Assembly: GCA_030390025.1 (NCBI GenBank)
Contig: CM059431.1
Coordinates: forward strand, 133,426,001 to 133,490,000
Length of the DNA stretch: 64,000 bases
Direction: 5' to 3'
Source of the DNA: Squalus acanthias
Lineage: Eukaryota
The notes below the pieces were generated by a model. That model was not told where the DNA came from. It saw only the letters and a program-made list of their open reading frames with translations, and made no database searches. Each line of letters begins with the position of its first letter. The stretch's first letter is position 1. Positions 9,365-21,857 of the stretch are shown here, in pieces. The translations under genes and the position numbers were made by a program.

Positions 9365-9807
9365 GACTTCAGTTACGTGGATAGACTGGAGAAGCTGGGG
9401 TTGTTCTCCTCAGAGCAGTGAAGGTTGGGAGGAGATTTGATAGAGGTGTTCAAAATCATGAGGGATCTAGACAGAGTAGATAGAGAGAAACTGTTCCCAT
9501 TGGCGGAAGGGTTGAGAATCAGAGGACACAGATTTAAGCAGAAGAACCAAAGGTGACATGAGGAAAAGCATTTTTATGCAGCAAGTGGTTATGATCTGGA
9601 ATACACTGCCTGAAAGGGTGGTGGAGACAGATTCAATCATGGTTTTCAAAAGGGAATTGGATAAGTACCTGAAGAATAAAATTTGCAGGGTTACGGGGAA
9701 AGGGCGGGGGAGTGAGACTAGCTGAAGTGCTCTTGCAGACAGCCTGCACGGGTTCGACAGGCTGAATGGCCTCCTTCTGTGCTGTAACCATTCTATTCTA
9801 TGATTCT
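9365..9807 (+). mobile_element. CR1 LINE 3' fragment (insertion site of the provirus)
   Basis: RT C-terminal sequence similar to other CR1 ORF2 ends in the window; ATTCTATTCTATGATTCT tail. Confidence 0.85.
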
Positions 9808-10149
9808 CACCCCAGCCATGATGGCAGCAATCTGAGCTTGCGTCGCAACAAGCTGCACTTGCATGACAGATGTCTGAGCTTCCACTGCATATGCTGCAAT
9901 GGAATTCTCAATTGGAGTTAAGGATATGCAGGCTTGCCTGTCCCCCTCCAGTTAGCTGCTTCTGCTTATGCTGCAATGAGCAGCCTGGGAGGCCAGCCAG
10001 GAGAGCATTGGAATAGTCAAGTCGAGAGGTCATTGAAGGGAACGTGTGGGTTTTCATTACACAAGGAAAGTTATTGAACAATAGGATTTTTCCACAACTG
10101 TAAGTATTTTGTGATCATAGAGTTTCACTCAAATCTCCTGGCCAGTGCA

Positions 10150-10692
10150 TCAGCTCCCTATATAGTGTCCTCCTCCTCTACTTCATTCTGTGGGTCTGTA
10201 GACCCCTGGGCTTCCTCATCGTCCTACTGCATGATCGCTCATCGTTAGATAGCACAATTTTGCGACAAGCAGTCGACAGTGATGAGCATTAGAGACTTTG
10301 GCTGGATTGTTGAGCAGCATCCTACCTAAGTGTTCCAAACAACAGACTTGTTGCTTCAGTATTCCTGTAGTATGCTTGAGAATAACTTGGATGGTGGCAT
10401 GGGCTTCATTGTGTTTGTGCTCGAATTGAGGCATTTAGCTATGGTTATAAAGAGAAGCCCTGTTCTCCGAAGAACTAGCCATTCATTCTCTAGGGACCTT
10501 CAAGTATTTCATGGACTGATGCACAATAATAGCATCATGGATGCTGCCTGGATATCAGGCATTAAAGTGCAGGATCACATTTTTGTGGTTAGAAACTGCA
10601 TAAATATTTATGGTGTGGTATCTGTTTTTGTTCATGTATGTATTAGGATTGATGTGTAGAGATCCAATTGCCACATAGGTCTCATTTATAAT
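10150..10692 (-). pseudogene. Decayed Harbinger transposase fragment
   Basis: Residual similarity to the C-terminal half of the intact transposase (e.g. TTGILKQQVCCLEHLG versus TIGVLKQRFRCLDHSG); boundaries approximate. Confidence 0.6.
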
Positions 10693-11532
10693 GGCCCGGA
10701 TATTCCAATCCCTACGGGTGGGTACGCGCTGTGTACTCACCCGTAGGGACATCGGAAATGCCGGTTTCAGGCATGCACAGCGCATGCGCTGGAAACCGGC
10801 ATTTCCGATCTGTCAAGAAAGCGCTTGACAGAACAAACGCACGCGCAGGAAAGGCAGTGCTACCGGCTCAAAGTTCCGATTTTTTCTCAAATGCTTCAGT
10901 CCAGGTACGTCCGAAACAGCTGCGCCTAGTAAAAGCAGGCGTACAGCCTGCATTCTACCGGAAGAAGCTGCAGGAAGAAGAACACTTTCAGCAGTGGGCT
11001 TGGAAACGGAACATTTTTAATTGTGAAGGTGAGCAAAGTTCTTTGTAGAAAACCTGAGGTAAGTTTTTATCAACTTTAATTTGTTTAAAAACTTTATTGG
11101 TTTTGTATCTTGTTTTGAGTTGTGTAGTTATAAAGAGCAACTCTTGCTGTGTGCAAGGTAATCATTCTATTGAATTAGATTTCATTTTCTTAAATGTGAA
11201 AATAACTGTTTAAAAATGAATTATTTAACACTTACTAAAGTTTTAAAAAATTATGCCAGAAAATATCAATTAGTTATATGTTAACTTTTCCATGCCCTTT
11301 AAAAATTGTATGTATAACTTTGTGAAAATGTTAAAGTACTTAGAAAATCATCTCGGGCGTGATATTGATCAGGCGGGTATGACGTGTGCCCGATCCGATA
11401 CCGCACGTTTCACACTATAGCCCCACGTGATTTTCTAGCCACTCACTTTATTAAAATTATTTTTACAACTCTTTCCATTTTTTCCTTACAAGTACTTCAT
11501 CTGTTTAAAGAGGAAGCCTGTGAGGGAGAAAC

Positions 11533-12650
11533 ATGCCCTTTGACGATGTTGCCCTGATCCTCGGTGCGATTGTGCTTCAGAGAATTGGAAACGCCAGGGA
11601 ACAACAAAGAAGACTGAGGAACCATCACCGTCTCCTGATCAGGAGGAACTACTACCCACCCCAGAGAGTGTACAGGGAGAGGCTGTCATTTGAGATGCTG
11701 TCGGAGGAGTTGTGTGTGAGGAGGTTATGCTTCAGTAAAGAGGCAATCGGCCGACTATGTGACATGCTAAAGGAGGACCTTCAAACACGATTGACGACCC
11801 GCACTGCCTTGTCAGTGAACATGAAAGTAACCACAGCATTGAACTTCTTTGCAAGTGGTCCAACATCTCCCAGAGTGCTGCGTTGGTCTGCATTCACCAG
11901 GTCACAGATGCCATTTTCTGTGGGGCTTCAGAGTTCATAGACTTTGAGTTGTCCACTCGCCATCAAAAGGAGATGGCCCTTGCATTTTATAGCATTGCTG
12001 GATTCCCCAGAGTGATTGGGGCCGTCGATGGAACCCATGTTACATTGAAGGCACCACTGGATGCACCTGTGACATACATCAACAGGAAGGTGTTTCATTC
12101 ATTGAATGTCATGATAGTCTGTGATGCGCACCTCAGGATCCTAAGCGTGAATGCAGATCACCGGGGAAGTGCTCATGACTCCTTCGTCCTCTGTAACTCG
12201 GACTTATATGGCACCCTCAGCACATTGCCTCCAGGATCCGCATGGATATTGGGTGACAAGGGCTACCCACTAAGACCATGGCTGATGACTCCCTACCGCA
12301 AGACCAATAATGAGGCTCAGGAGAGATACAACTAGGCACACGTGTCCACACGGCAAGTGGTGGAGATGACAATCGGGGTTCTGAAATCACGCTTCCGGTG
12401 CCTGGACAGGTCAGGGGGGACCTTGCAGTATTCTCCTCTGAAAGTGGCAATAATTGTGGCCTGTTGTGCTTTGCATAACTTTGCCCTGCAGGAAGGACTG
12501 ACCCTTAACCCTGCAGAGGAGCTCCCTGCTGAAATGGAGGACATGGACGATGCCAATGTGCCTGTGGCCAGGCCTGATGGGGAGGAGCCAAGTGCTGCCA
12601 AATGTAAGGCTGCTCGGGAACTGCTAGTAGCCAACACCTTCACGAGGTGA
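11533..12650 (+). pseudogene. Harbinger (HARBI1-like) DDE transposase, disrupted
   Basis: Three ORF pieces with [35 protein letters not shown]; one frameshift and one in-frame stop. Confidence 0.9.
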
Positions 12651-13183
12651 TGATAGTGTCGCCTTGTACCTCCCCCTCCCCCAGCAAGGCAAAGAAAGGA
12701 ACAGACACAATTTAAAGTGAAACAGTGAACTTTTATTACAGCATCAAAGACTTTTGAGGTTCAGTTTTGATGTTCTTAGTTTTTAACTTTTAAATATTAA
12801 CTAGCTATTTTCTACTTTTCAAACATTCGCAAACATAATCTTTTTGAATAAAATTTGTAAACAGTTTAAAGTGACTTTTTTGGTTTCTCAGTACAATAAA
12901 GACATTCAAGATGGAAACTAGCTATTTTCTAATTTTGAAACAGTTGTAATTTTAAATATTTTTGCAAATAAAAAAGTAGAATTTTTTTTCAAAGTGACTA
13001 GAGGCTGTAATTTTTAAACAAAACGGTTACATACACTTTCAGTCACAAATATATATTTCAATAAAAAAAGCAACGACAACATTTAACATTTAAATAAAAC
13101 GAAACATTAAAGAATTGAACGATTTGCTCCCTCGCATCTGTGCCTGAGGGTCAAAGGAGGTGGATTGTGCAAAAGGTGACAAC

Positions 13184-13647
13184 CTACTGTCTCCTGCGCT
13201 TTCCCCTTCCCCATGACCGGAGCCCTCTGCTGCCAATTGAAAGGCCCCTGTGTGCCATCTCTTGCCCTTCAGCAATTGCCTCCTGACAGGGTTGCTGCTG
13301 CTGCTGCTGCTGCTGAAAGGCAACGTTTGCTTGCATCAGGACTGGTGGAGCTGCTGTCTCGTGGGCCTGCACTGTTTCTGCGCTGGGAGCAGGTAAGGGC
13401 GGTTCTGCGGGAGTCAAAGTTCCGCTGTCCGTGGAATGGTGGAGTTCGCGCTGACAGTCTGGGCAACTTCTGACCAAGCTGTCATCTGTCCTTTGCGCGG
13501 TGCCCTGGACTTCTCATTCCCAAGGATCCGCGGGTGCTTCGCCTCAACCTCATTGAGGAGTGTGCTGATGTCATCGTCCCGGAAATTCTGAGCTCTCTTA
13601 ATGATGTGAATTGTGCTCAGTCCTTCCATTTCACTTTGCTGATTCAT
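13184..13647 (-). pseudogene. Harbinger Myb/SANT(trihelix)-like DNA-binding protein, frameshifted
   Basis: RAQNFRDDDISTLLNEVE...AWSEVAQTVSANSTIPRT pattern; convergent with the transposase. Confidence 0.75.
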
Positions 13648-14329
13648 TAAAATGAATGAAAAAAATGTTTTCAGGGCTTTTAAAACTCTTTAAATTGCTT
13701 CAAATCTCTTTAAAACTACTTAAGATTCTTCAAATCCATGTAAAAGTCTTTAAAAGTTTCTAAAAGTTTACAAAAGATTCAAAAAACTATAAAGAAACAA
13801 CTTACCATTGAGTTTTGCAGCTACTTTCAGTTCAATGCTTCTGAAGAGTTGGAAAAAATCGGAGGCGTGGCCTATGCAAATATAACTTTTGTGGGCAGGT
13901 CTCCCCTACGCTCGAAGCCCTAGGCTCCGCACACGCTGCGCTCCTGGGCGGCGTGACATCATACGCTGCCCAGGAGTCCTCAGGATTAAATCGGAAGATT
14001 ACGTGGGCCCAGAGCATTAAGGTCGGTGCAGTTCTGTTTTTCAGGTCGGGGGCTTCCGTCCGCGGGAAGCCCCCGAACGGAATATACGGCCCATTACCTT
14101 GGTCAGTAAAAGTTCTGTGTCCTGTTCAGTTGGTGTCTGTTTCCACTGGAAAAGTGATGAAGCTCTTTCCCTTGGCAAACATAGTGTTGATCACTTGTTT
14201 TAAACAGATGTGAATGGCTTATCTGACAGCTGTCTTATGTGGTGGTCTGGAAGGATTTTGTTGCAGAGAAGCTTAATGTATTTGTGACCTTCACAGATAT
14301 GGGAAGAGCCATCCAAGACCTGGCCGCTA

Positions 14330-15069
14330 TCTGAGGCTGAACCAGACTGTTCGTAACCTTGGCGTCCAATTTGACCCTGAGCTGAGCCATATCCGCTCCA
14401 TCACCAAGACCACCTACTTCCACTTCCATAACATCGCCTGTCTCCACTCCTGTCTCAGCTCATCTGCTGCTGAAACCCACATCGAAGCCTTTGTTACCTC
14501 TAGACTCAATTATTCCAATGCTCTCCTGGCTGGCCTCCCACCTTGCACCCTCCGTAAACTTGAGCTCATCCAAAGCTCTGTTGTCCGTATCTTATCTCGC
14601 ATCAAGTCCAATTCACCCATCACCCCTGTGCTCACTGACCTACTTTGGCTCCTGGTCCCACAAAGCTGATTTTAAAATTCTCATCCTTTTTTTCAAATCC
14701 CTCCATGGCCTCTCCTCATCCTATCTCTGTAACCTCCTCCAGTCTTACAACCCTCCAAGATCTCTGTGCTCCTCCAATTATGGTCTCTGGCGGATTTCCA
14801 ATTTTCATCTCTCCAACATTGGCAGCTCTGCCTTCAGCTGCCTAGTCCTTAAGCTCTGGAATTCCCTCCCTAAACCTCTCTGCGTCTCTGCCTCTCTCCT
14901 CCTTTAAGACACTCCTTAAAACCTACTTCTATGACCAAGCTTTTGGTCACCTGTCCTAATATCTCCTTGTGTGGTTCCGTGTCAAATGTTTTTTGATAAC
15001 GCTCCTGTGAAGCGCCTTGAAAGTTTTACTATGTTGAAGGCGTTATATAAATCCAAGTTGTTGTTGTTG
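14330..15069 (+). mobile_element. L2-clade LINE 3' fragment
   Basis: Pyrimidine-rich RT C-terminus (AFSC..LKLWNSLP); L2-type tail TGTGAAGCGCCTTG...GGCGTTATATAAAT followed by (GTT)n. Confidence 0.75.
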
Positions 15070-15175
15070 AAGTCTGTAAGTCTGCCACATCATAATTTGC
15101 ACTAGGTTGAAGCAGAGGCGTTGAAGACAATTTACCTATTCCAGGGGTTGTGCGTCTATATATCTACAGCTCCTT

Positions 15176-15645
15176 GGGGGAAAAATTGGGTATCGCCCAT
15201 TTTGGGGCGCTGATATCGGCCTGGCGCTAATTATCGCCGCCGACCGCGAAATTCATCTCCAGCGCCCCTGAAGGTGATTAGAGCATTAATCAAGCGCTAC
15301 ACATCTCTCTTAGGGTGTTAACATTGGGGATCGAGGCTGAAGCTCAGGTGATGTCAATTACCTGGTACTCAGACAGACTGGCACCATCCAGTTCTTAAAA
15401 GGAAGGGTCCATCTTGTTGCACAGCCACACCCTGCTCATTGCAGCGTTTGACATCGGCCTGCAAGCAGTTAAACATCTTCATCCAAGATTTATGATGGAT
15501 ACTCAGAGGCCCAGGGAGAGAGCTCGGCAGTTTAGTGACCAGGCATTGGTGGCTCTGGTTGGCGCTGTGGAACGGCGATGGGCAGTGCTGTTTCCAGAGA
15601 CTGGCCTGAGACCATTGCCCCAGGAGTTTACAAGGGTCTGGAGGG
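15176..15645 (+). mobile_element. Harbinger left arm with start of Myb-like gene, split by a CR1 insertion (continues at 25151)
   Basis: TIR GGGGGAAAAATT; RERARQFSDQALVALVGAVERRWAVLFP...VWRE resumes as AQHISSRSLVQRTHTQCRKKFNDL at 25151. Confidence 0.85.
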
Positions 15646-17662
15646 AGCCCAGGAGAGCGAGAGTTCGGAGCTACTAAAACAGCGGGAGCCCAGGTGAGCG
15701 AGAGTTCGGAGCAACTAAAACAGCAGGAGTTCAGGAGAGCGAGAGTTCGGAGCTACTAAAACAGCGGGAGTTCAGGAGAGCGAGAGTTCGGAGCTACTAA
15801 AACAGCGGGAGCCCAGGTGAGCGAGAGTTCGGAGTGACTAAAACAGCGGGAGCCCAGGAGAGCGAGAGTTCGGAGCGACTAAAACAGCGGGAGCCCAGGA
15901 GAGCGAGAGTTCGGAGTGACTAAAACAGCGGGAGCCCGGGAGAGAGCGAGAGTTCGGAGCAACTAAAACAGCGGGAGTTCAGGAGAGCGAGAGTTCGGAG
16001 CAACTAAAACAGCGGGAGTTCAGGAGAGCGAGAGTTCGGAGCAACTAAAACAGCGGGAGCCCAGGTGAGCGAGAGTTCGGAGCGACTAAAACAGCGGGAG
16101 CCCAGGTGAGCGAGAGTTCGGAGCGACTAAAACAGCGGGAGCCCAGGAGAGCGAGAGTTCGGAGCAACTAAAACAGCGGGAGCCCAGGAGAGCGAGAGTT
16201 CGGAGCTACTAAAACAGCGGGAGTTCAGGAGAGCGAGAGTTCGGAACAACTAAAACAGCGGGAGTTCAGGAGAGCGAGAGTTCGGAGCAACTAAAACAGC
16301 GGGAGTTCAGGAGAGCGAGAGTTCGGAGCAACTAAAACAGCGGGAGTTCAGGAGAGCGAGAGTTCGGAGCAACTAAAACAGCGGGAGTTCAGGAGAGCGA
16401 GAGTTCGGAGCAACTAAAACAGCGGGAGTTCAGGAGAGCGAGAGTTCGGAGTGACTAAAACAGCGGGAGTTCAGGAGAGCGAGAGTTCGGAGCAACTAAA
16501 ACAGCGGGAGTTCAGGAGAGCGAGAGTTCGGAGTGACTAAAACAGCGGGAGTTCAGGAGAGCGAGAGTTCGGAGCTACTAAAACAGCGGGAGTTCAGGAG
16601 AGCGAGAGTTCGGAGTGACTAAAACAGCGGGAGTTCAGGAGAGCGAGAGTTCGGAGCTACTAAAACAGCGGGAGCCCAGGAGAGCGAGAGTTCGGAGCAA
16701 CTAAAACAGCGGGAGCCCAGGAGAGCGAGAGTTCGGAGCAACTAAAACAGCGGGAGCCCAGGTGAGCGAGAGTTCGGAGTGACTAAAACAGCGGGAGCCC
16801 AGGTGAGCGAGAGTTCGGAGCGACTAAAACAGCGGGAGCCCAGGAGAGCGAGAGTTCGGAGCAACTAAAACAGCGGGAGCCCAGGAGAGCGAGAGTTCGG
16901 AGCTACTAAAACAGCGGGAGTTCAGGAGAGCGAGAGTTCGGAACAACTAAAACAGCGGGAGCCCAGGAGAGAGCGAGAGTTCGGAGCTACTAAAACAGCG
17001 GGAGCCCAGGAGAGAGCGAGAGTTCGGAGCTACTAAAACAGCGGGAGCCCAGGAGAGCGAGAGTTCGGAGCTACTAAAACAGCGGGAGCCCAGGAGAGAG
17101 CGAGAGTTCGGAGCTACTAAAACAGCAGGGAGCCCAGGAGAGCGAGAGTTCGGAGCAACTAAAACAGCGGGAGCCCAGGTGAGCGAGAGTTCGGAGCTAC
17201 TAAAACAGCGGGAGCCCAGGAGAGCGAGAGTTCGGAGCTACTAAAACAGTGGGAGCCCAGGTGAGCGCGAGTTCGGAGCTACTAAAACAGCGGGAGCCCG
17301 GGAGAGAGCGAGAGTTCGGAGCAACTAAAACAGCGGGAGTTCAGGAGAGAGTGAGAGTTCGGAGCAACTAAAACAGCGGGAGTTCAGGAGAGAGCGAGAG
17401 TTCGGAGCAACTAAAACAGCGGGAGCCCAGGTGAGCGAGAGTTCGGAGCAACTAAAACAGCGGGAGCCCAGGAGAGAGCGAGAGTTCGGAGCAACTAAAA
17501 CAGCGGGAGTTCAGGTGAGCGAGAGTTCGGAGCTACTAAAACAGCGGGAGCCCAGGAGAGAGCGAGAGTTCGGAGCTACTAAAACAGCGGGAGTTCAGGA
17601 GAGCGAGAGTTCGGAGCAACTAAAACAGCGGAGTTCAGGAGAGCGAGAGTTCAGGAGAGCGG
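15643..17662 (+). repeat. 41-bp tandem array (~49 copies) forming the CR1-A 5' end
   Basis: Unit GAGCGAGAGTTCGGAGCTACTAAAACAGCGGGAGCCCAGGA with recurring variants; no unique spacers. Confidence 0.95.
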
Positions 17663-17861
17663 CTACAACAGACCAGTGAGTGTAAAGAAGTAAAAAGTAA
17701 TCAAAGTGTGACATCACCAGAAAGCAGGTAAGTGATTGGTTGGTGAGTATTTGTCTATTTCTCGCTTTTTTTTTCCAAACTTGGGTGTCTAAATTTAAAT
17801 GCCTTAGTGTAGATTAAAAGATATACATGTTCCAAATTTTAAAACTAATTAATTAATTGAG

Positions 17862-19712
17862 ATGGGAGACCAGGCAATGTGTTGTTGTTGTTGCATGTGG
17901 GAGCTGGTGGACACCATTGAGGTCCAAGGCGACCACATCTGCAGCAAATGTTGGCTGCTCGAGGGACTTCGGCTCAGAGTTGATGAGCTGGAGTCCGAGA
18001 TTCAGACACTGCGACACATTAGGGAGGGGAACGTTACCTGGACACTAAGGGGGAAAAATTCAGTTGGTTGCGCCTCCCGTTAGCGCCTTAAGAGAGCGCT
18101 AATGGGGCGCAAAGCATCTAGCGCCCAGGCGCGGCGAAGTTTGTGCCGCTCGCGAAATTAACTAGACATTTTGTGGCGGTGCTAAACACTACTGCCACGA
18201 TCTCCTGCGCCGGCAGATCGTGACGTCAGTCGAGTGCGCAACGCCCCGGTATCGCCCCGGAGCGGATATTGAGTGGCGCCCCCTGCCATACCGCCTGACG
18301 CAAGCAACGACAGGTTGAGGGGAGTGTTCTGCAGTCATGAAGGGAAAGGGGGAGCGCTATTTAAAGGTGACCGCTTCCTGCCTTTTATTGTTGGTGCCAT
18401 TTTTGAACTGTGTATTCTGAGAGAGAGAGGGAGAGACTTCTGGAGAGATTCAATGCTGTGTGAAGGAGTTTTGGGTACTGAGCAGCACTTTGCACGTTCA
18501 TTTTGATTTGCCATTCCTTGTATCGATTTAGAAGAGACTGTGGGGGCTGCACTCTGAGCTCTTTGCCTGGTACTCTCCATTGTTCTTTCCAGCAGATTTG
18601 ATGTGCAGGTCTCTCCAGGCTGAGATTCAAGGCTGCAATGAGCAGGATGTGGATGGAAAGCAAGATTAACCATCCCCTTTAAGAACTGGCCCATGCCATT
18701 GTGTGTGTGTTCCATTGCTGACTGACATTACATGAGCTTCGCCTGCGCTCTGAGGTAGCGCCTCGCTCCTCGGCCTTTGCGCCTTAAGACAGGTGTGAAG
18801 CGCCTGATTTAGCGCTCCAATCACCTCCAGGGGCGATAAAAGTCAAGTTTGCAGTCGGTGGCGATAATTAGCGCCAGACGCTAATCTTTGCGCCCGGCCG
18901 ATAATTGCGCCCCAAATGGGGTGAGACTGAATTTCTCCCCCTAAGTTCCAGGAGGCAGTCACACCCACTAGAGTAATTACTTCCAATTTGGCCCATGGTC
19001 AGGGACAGGAGGGTGTGACTACAAGCGAGGCAGGTATTGGGATCCAGGAGGTAGTGATGGAGGAGCCTCAGCCCTTGGCCTTGTCCAACAGGTACGAGAT
19101 TCTTGCTCCCTGTGTGGACGAGGGCAGGGGCTGCAGGAAGGATGAGCAATCTGACCACAGCACCGTGGTACAGGGAGCCATTCAAGTGGGGGGAGTAAAA
19201 AGAAATGTTGTAGTGATGGGGGATAGTATAGTTAGGGGGATAGACACTGTCTCTGCAGCCGAGAGCGTGAGTCCCGAAGGCTGTGTTGCCTGCCCGGTGC
19301 CAGGGTTAAGGACATCTCCTCTGGGCTGGAGAGAAACTTGGAATGGGAGGGGGAGGATCCAGTTGTCATGGTCCACGTAGGCACCAATGACATAGGTAGG
19401 ACAAAGAAAGAGGTTCTGCTGAAAGAGTATGAGCAGCTAGGGGCTAAATTAAAAAGCAGAACCACAAAGGTAATAATCTCTGGATTACTACCTGAGCCAC
19501 GGGCGAATTTGCATAGGGTAAATAAGATCAGAGAAATGAACGAGTGGCTCAAAGACTGGTGTGGGAGAAATGGGTTTCGATTTGTGGGGCACTGGCACCA
19601 GTACTGGGATAAGAGGGAGCTGTTCTGTTTGGACGGGCTTCACTTGAACCATGCTGGGGCTAGAGTCCTGGCAAATCGAATAACTAGGGCTGTAGAGAGG
19701 GCTTTAAACTAA
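17862..19712 (+). pseudogene. CR1-A ORF1 (Cys/His zinc motif, leucine zipper, GDSL/SGNH esterase), split by a MITE
   Basis: CCMWE...HICSKC; GDSIVRG, VHVGTNDIG, DGLHLN motifs; frameshift near 19250. Confidence 0.88.
18049..18941 (-). mobile_element. Non-autonomous Harbinger (MITE family 1), 893 bp
   Basis: TIRs GGGGGAAAAATTCAG / CTGAATTTCTCCCCC; TSD TAA; near-identical inverted copy at 30381-31275. Confidence 0.93.
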
Positions 19713-20413
19713 ATAGTGGGGGGGAGGATCCAGGTGAGCAGGAATTTAAAAAGTCAATGAGAAATGAGAAAGCAATAGAGCAGGATAGAGATGGGGGAAA
19801 TAATAACCAGAGTGTGACAGGAAGGGACAGAATGTTTAAAAATAAGAGTGCAACAGAAAATGGGGCCAAAACAAGGAGAAATAGTAAAAAGACAAAGTTA
19901 AAAGCTCTATATCTGAATGCACGCAGCATTCGTAACAAGATAGATGAGTTGACGGCACAATTAGATACAAATGGGTATGATCTGATCGTCATTACAGAGA
20001 TGTGGTTGCAAGGTGATCAGAGCTGGGAACTGAATATTCCAGGGTATTTGACAATTCGGAAGGATGGACAGAAAGGAAAGGAAAGTGGGGTGGCTTTGTT
20101 GGTAAAGGATGGGATCAGTGCAGTGGTGAGAAGTGATATTGGCTCAGAAGATCAAGATGTAGAATCGGTTTGGGTGGAGATAAAAAATAATAAAGGGAAA
20201 AAGTCTCTGGTGGGCATAGTCTACAGGGCCCCGAACAGTAGCAAAACTGTTGGACAGAGTATAAATCAACAAATAATGGAGGCCTGTAAAAAAGGTATGG
20301 TAATAATCATGGGTGATTTTAATCTCTATATTGATTGGACAATTCAAATTGGCCATGGTAGCCTTGAGGAGGAGTTCATTGAATGCATCCGGGATGGTTT
20401 CCTAGAACAGTAT

Positions 20414-21857
20414 AAGAACATAAGAACATAAGAAATAGGAGCAGGAGTAGGCCAATCGGACCTTCGAGCTTGCTCCGCCATTCAATAAGATCATGGCTGA
20501 TCTGATCCTCACCTCAAATCTAAAGAACACAAGAAGTAGTAGCGGGACCTGGCCACTCAGCCCCTGGGCCCGCTACGCCACCCACAGGGCCTCGACCGAT
20601 CCGAACTCAGCCTCATGTCCAATTTCCTGCCCGCTCCCCGTAACCCCTAATTCCCTTTACTTCTAGGAAACTGTCTATTTCTGTTTTAAATTTATTTAAT
20701 GATGTAGCTTCCACAGCTTCCTGGGGCAGCAAATTCCACAGACCTACTACCCTCTGAGTGAAGAAGTTTCTCCTCATCTCAGTTTTGAAAGAGCAGCCCC
20801 TTATTCTAAGATTATGCCCCCTAGTTCTAGTTTCACCCATGCTTGGGAACATCCTTACCGCATCCACCCGATCAAGCCCCTTCACAATCTTATATGTTTC
20901 AATAAGATCGCCTCTCACTCTTCTGAACTCCAATGAGTAGAGTCCCAATCTACTCAACCTCTCCTCATATGTCCACCCCCTCATCCCGGGGATTAACCGA
21001 GTGAACCTTCTTTGTACTGCCTCGAGAGCAAGTATGTCTTTTCTTAAGTATGGACACCAAAACTGTATGCAGTATTCCAGGTGCGGTCTCACCAATACCT
21101 TATATAACTGCAGCAATACCTCCCTGTTTTTATAATCTATCCCCCTAGCAATAAAAACCAACATTCCGTTGGCCTTCTTGATCACCTGCTGCACCTGCAT
21201 ACTAACTTTTTGATTTTCTTGCACTAGGACCCCCAGATCCCTTTGTACTGCAGTACTTTCCAATTTCTCGCCATTAAGATAATAACTTGCTCTCTGATTT
21301 TTCTTGCCAAAGTGCATAACCTCACATTTTCCAATATTGTATTGCATCTGCCAAATCTCCGCCCACTCACCCAGCCTGTCTATATCCCCTTGTAGGTTTT
21401 TTATGTCCTCCTCACTTTCTACTTTCCCTCCCATCTTTGTATCATCTGCAAACTTTGATATGTTACACTCGGTCCCCTCCTCCAAATCGTTAATATAGAT
21501 TGTAAAAAGTTGGGGACCCAGTACCGACCCTTGTGGAACACCACTGGCTACTGGTTGCCAGTCCGAGAATGAACCATTTATCCCAACTCTCTGCTTCCTG
21601 TTAGATAACCAAACCTCCACCCATGCCAGAATATTCCCCCCAATCCAGTGATTTTTTATCTTGAGCAATAATCTTTTATGTGGCACCTTGTCGAATGCCT
21701 TCTGGAAGTCTAAATACACTACGTCCATTGGTTCCCCTTTATCCACCCTGTACGTTATGTCCTCAAAGAACTCAAGCAAATTTGTCAGACATGACTTCCC
21801 CTTCATAAAGCCATGCTGACTTTGTCCTATTAAATTATGTTTATCTAAATGTTCCGG
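20414..21857 (-). mobile_element. 5'-truncated CR1 copy B nested in CR1-A, RT half still open
   Basis: ORF 20613-21872 with QHGF, GVPQGSVLGP, KFADD; (TTCTTATG)n tail at ~20414-20432; host ORF2 resumes after it. Confidence 0.92.

Larger units (their letters stand above)
10693..14092 (+). mobile_element. PIF/Harbinger transposon, two convergent genes, both frameshifted
   Basis: TIRs GGCCCGGATATTCC / GGAATATACGGCCC (12/14 match); subterminal palindromes; transposase on + and Myb/SANT-like gene on -. TSD not clean. Confidence 0.85.

Noticed and set aside
13184..13477. PolyQ protein
   Set aside because: Short CAG run inside the frameshifted Harbinger Myb-like gene.
15643..17662. CRISPR-like array
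   Set aside because: Head-to-tail 41-bp units with no unique spacers and no cas genes; it is the 5' end of a CR1.
18335..18715. ORF repeated in both MITE-1 copies (also 30607-30939)
   Set aside because: Similarity reflects recent MITE copying; lengths differ and no domain is evident.
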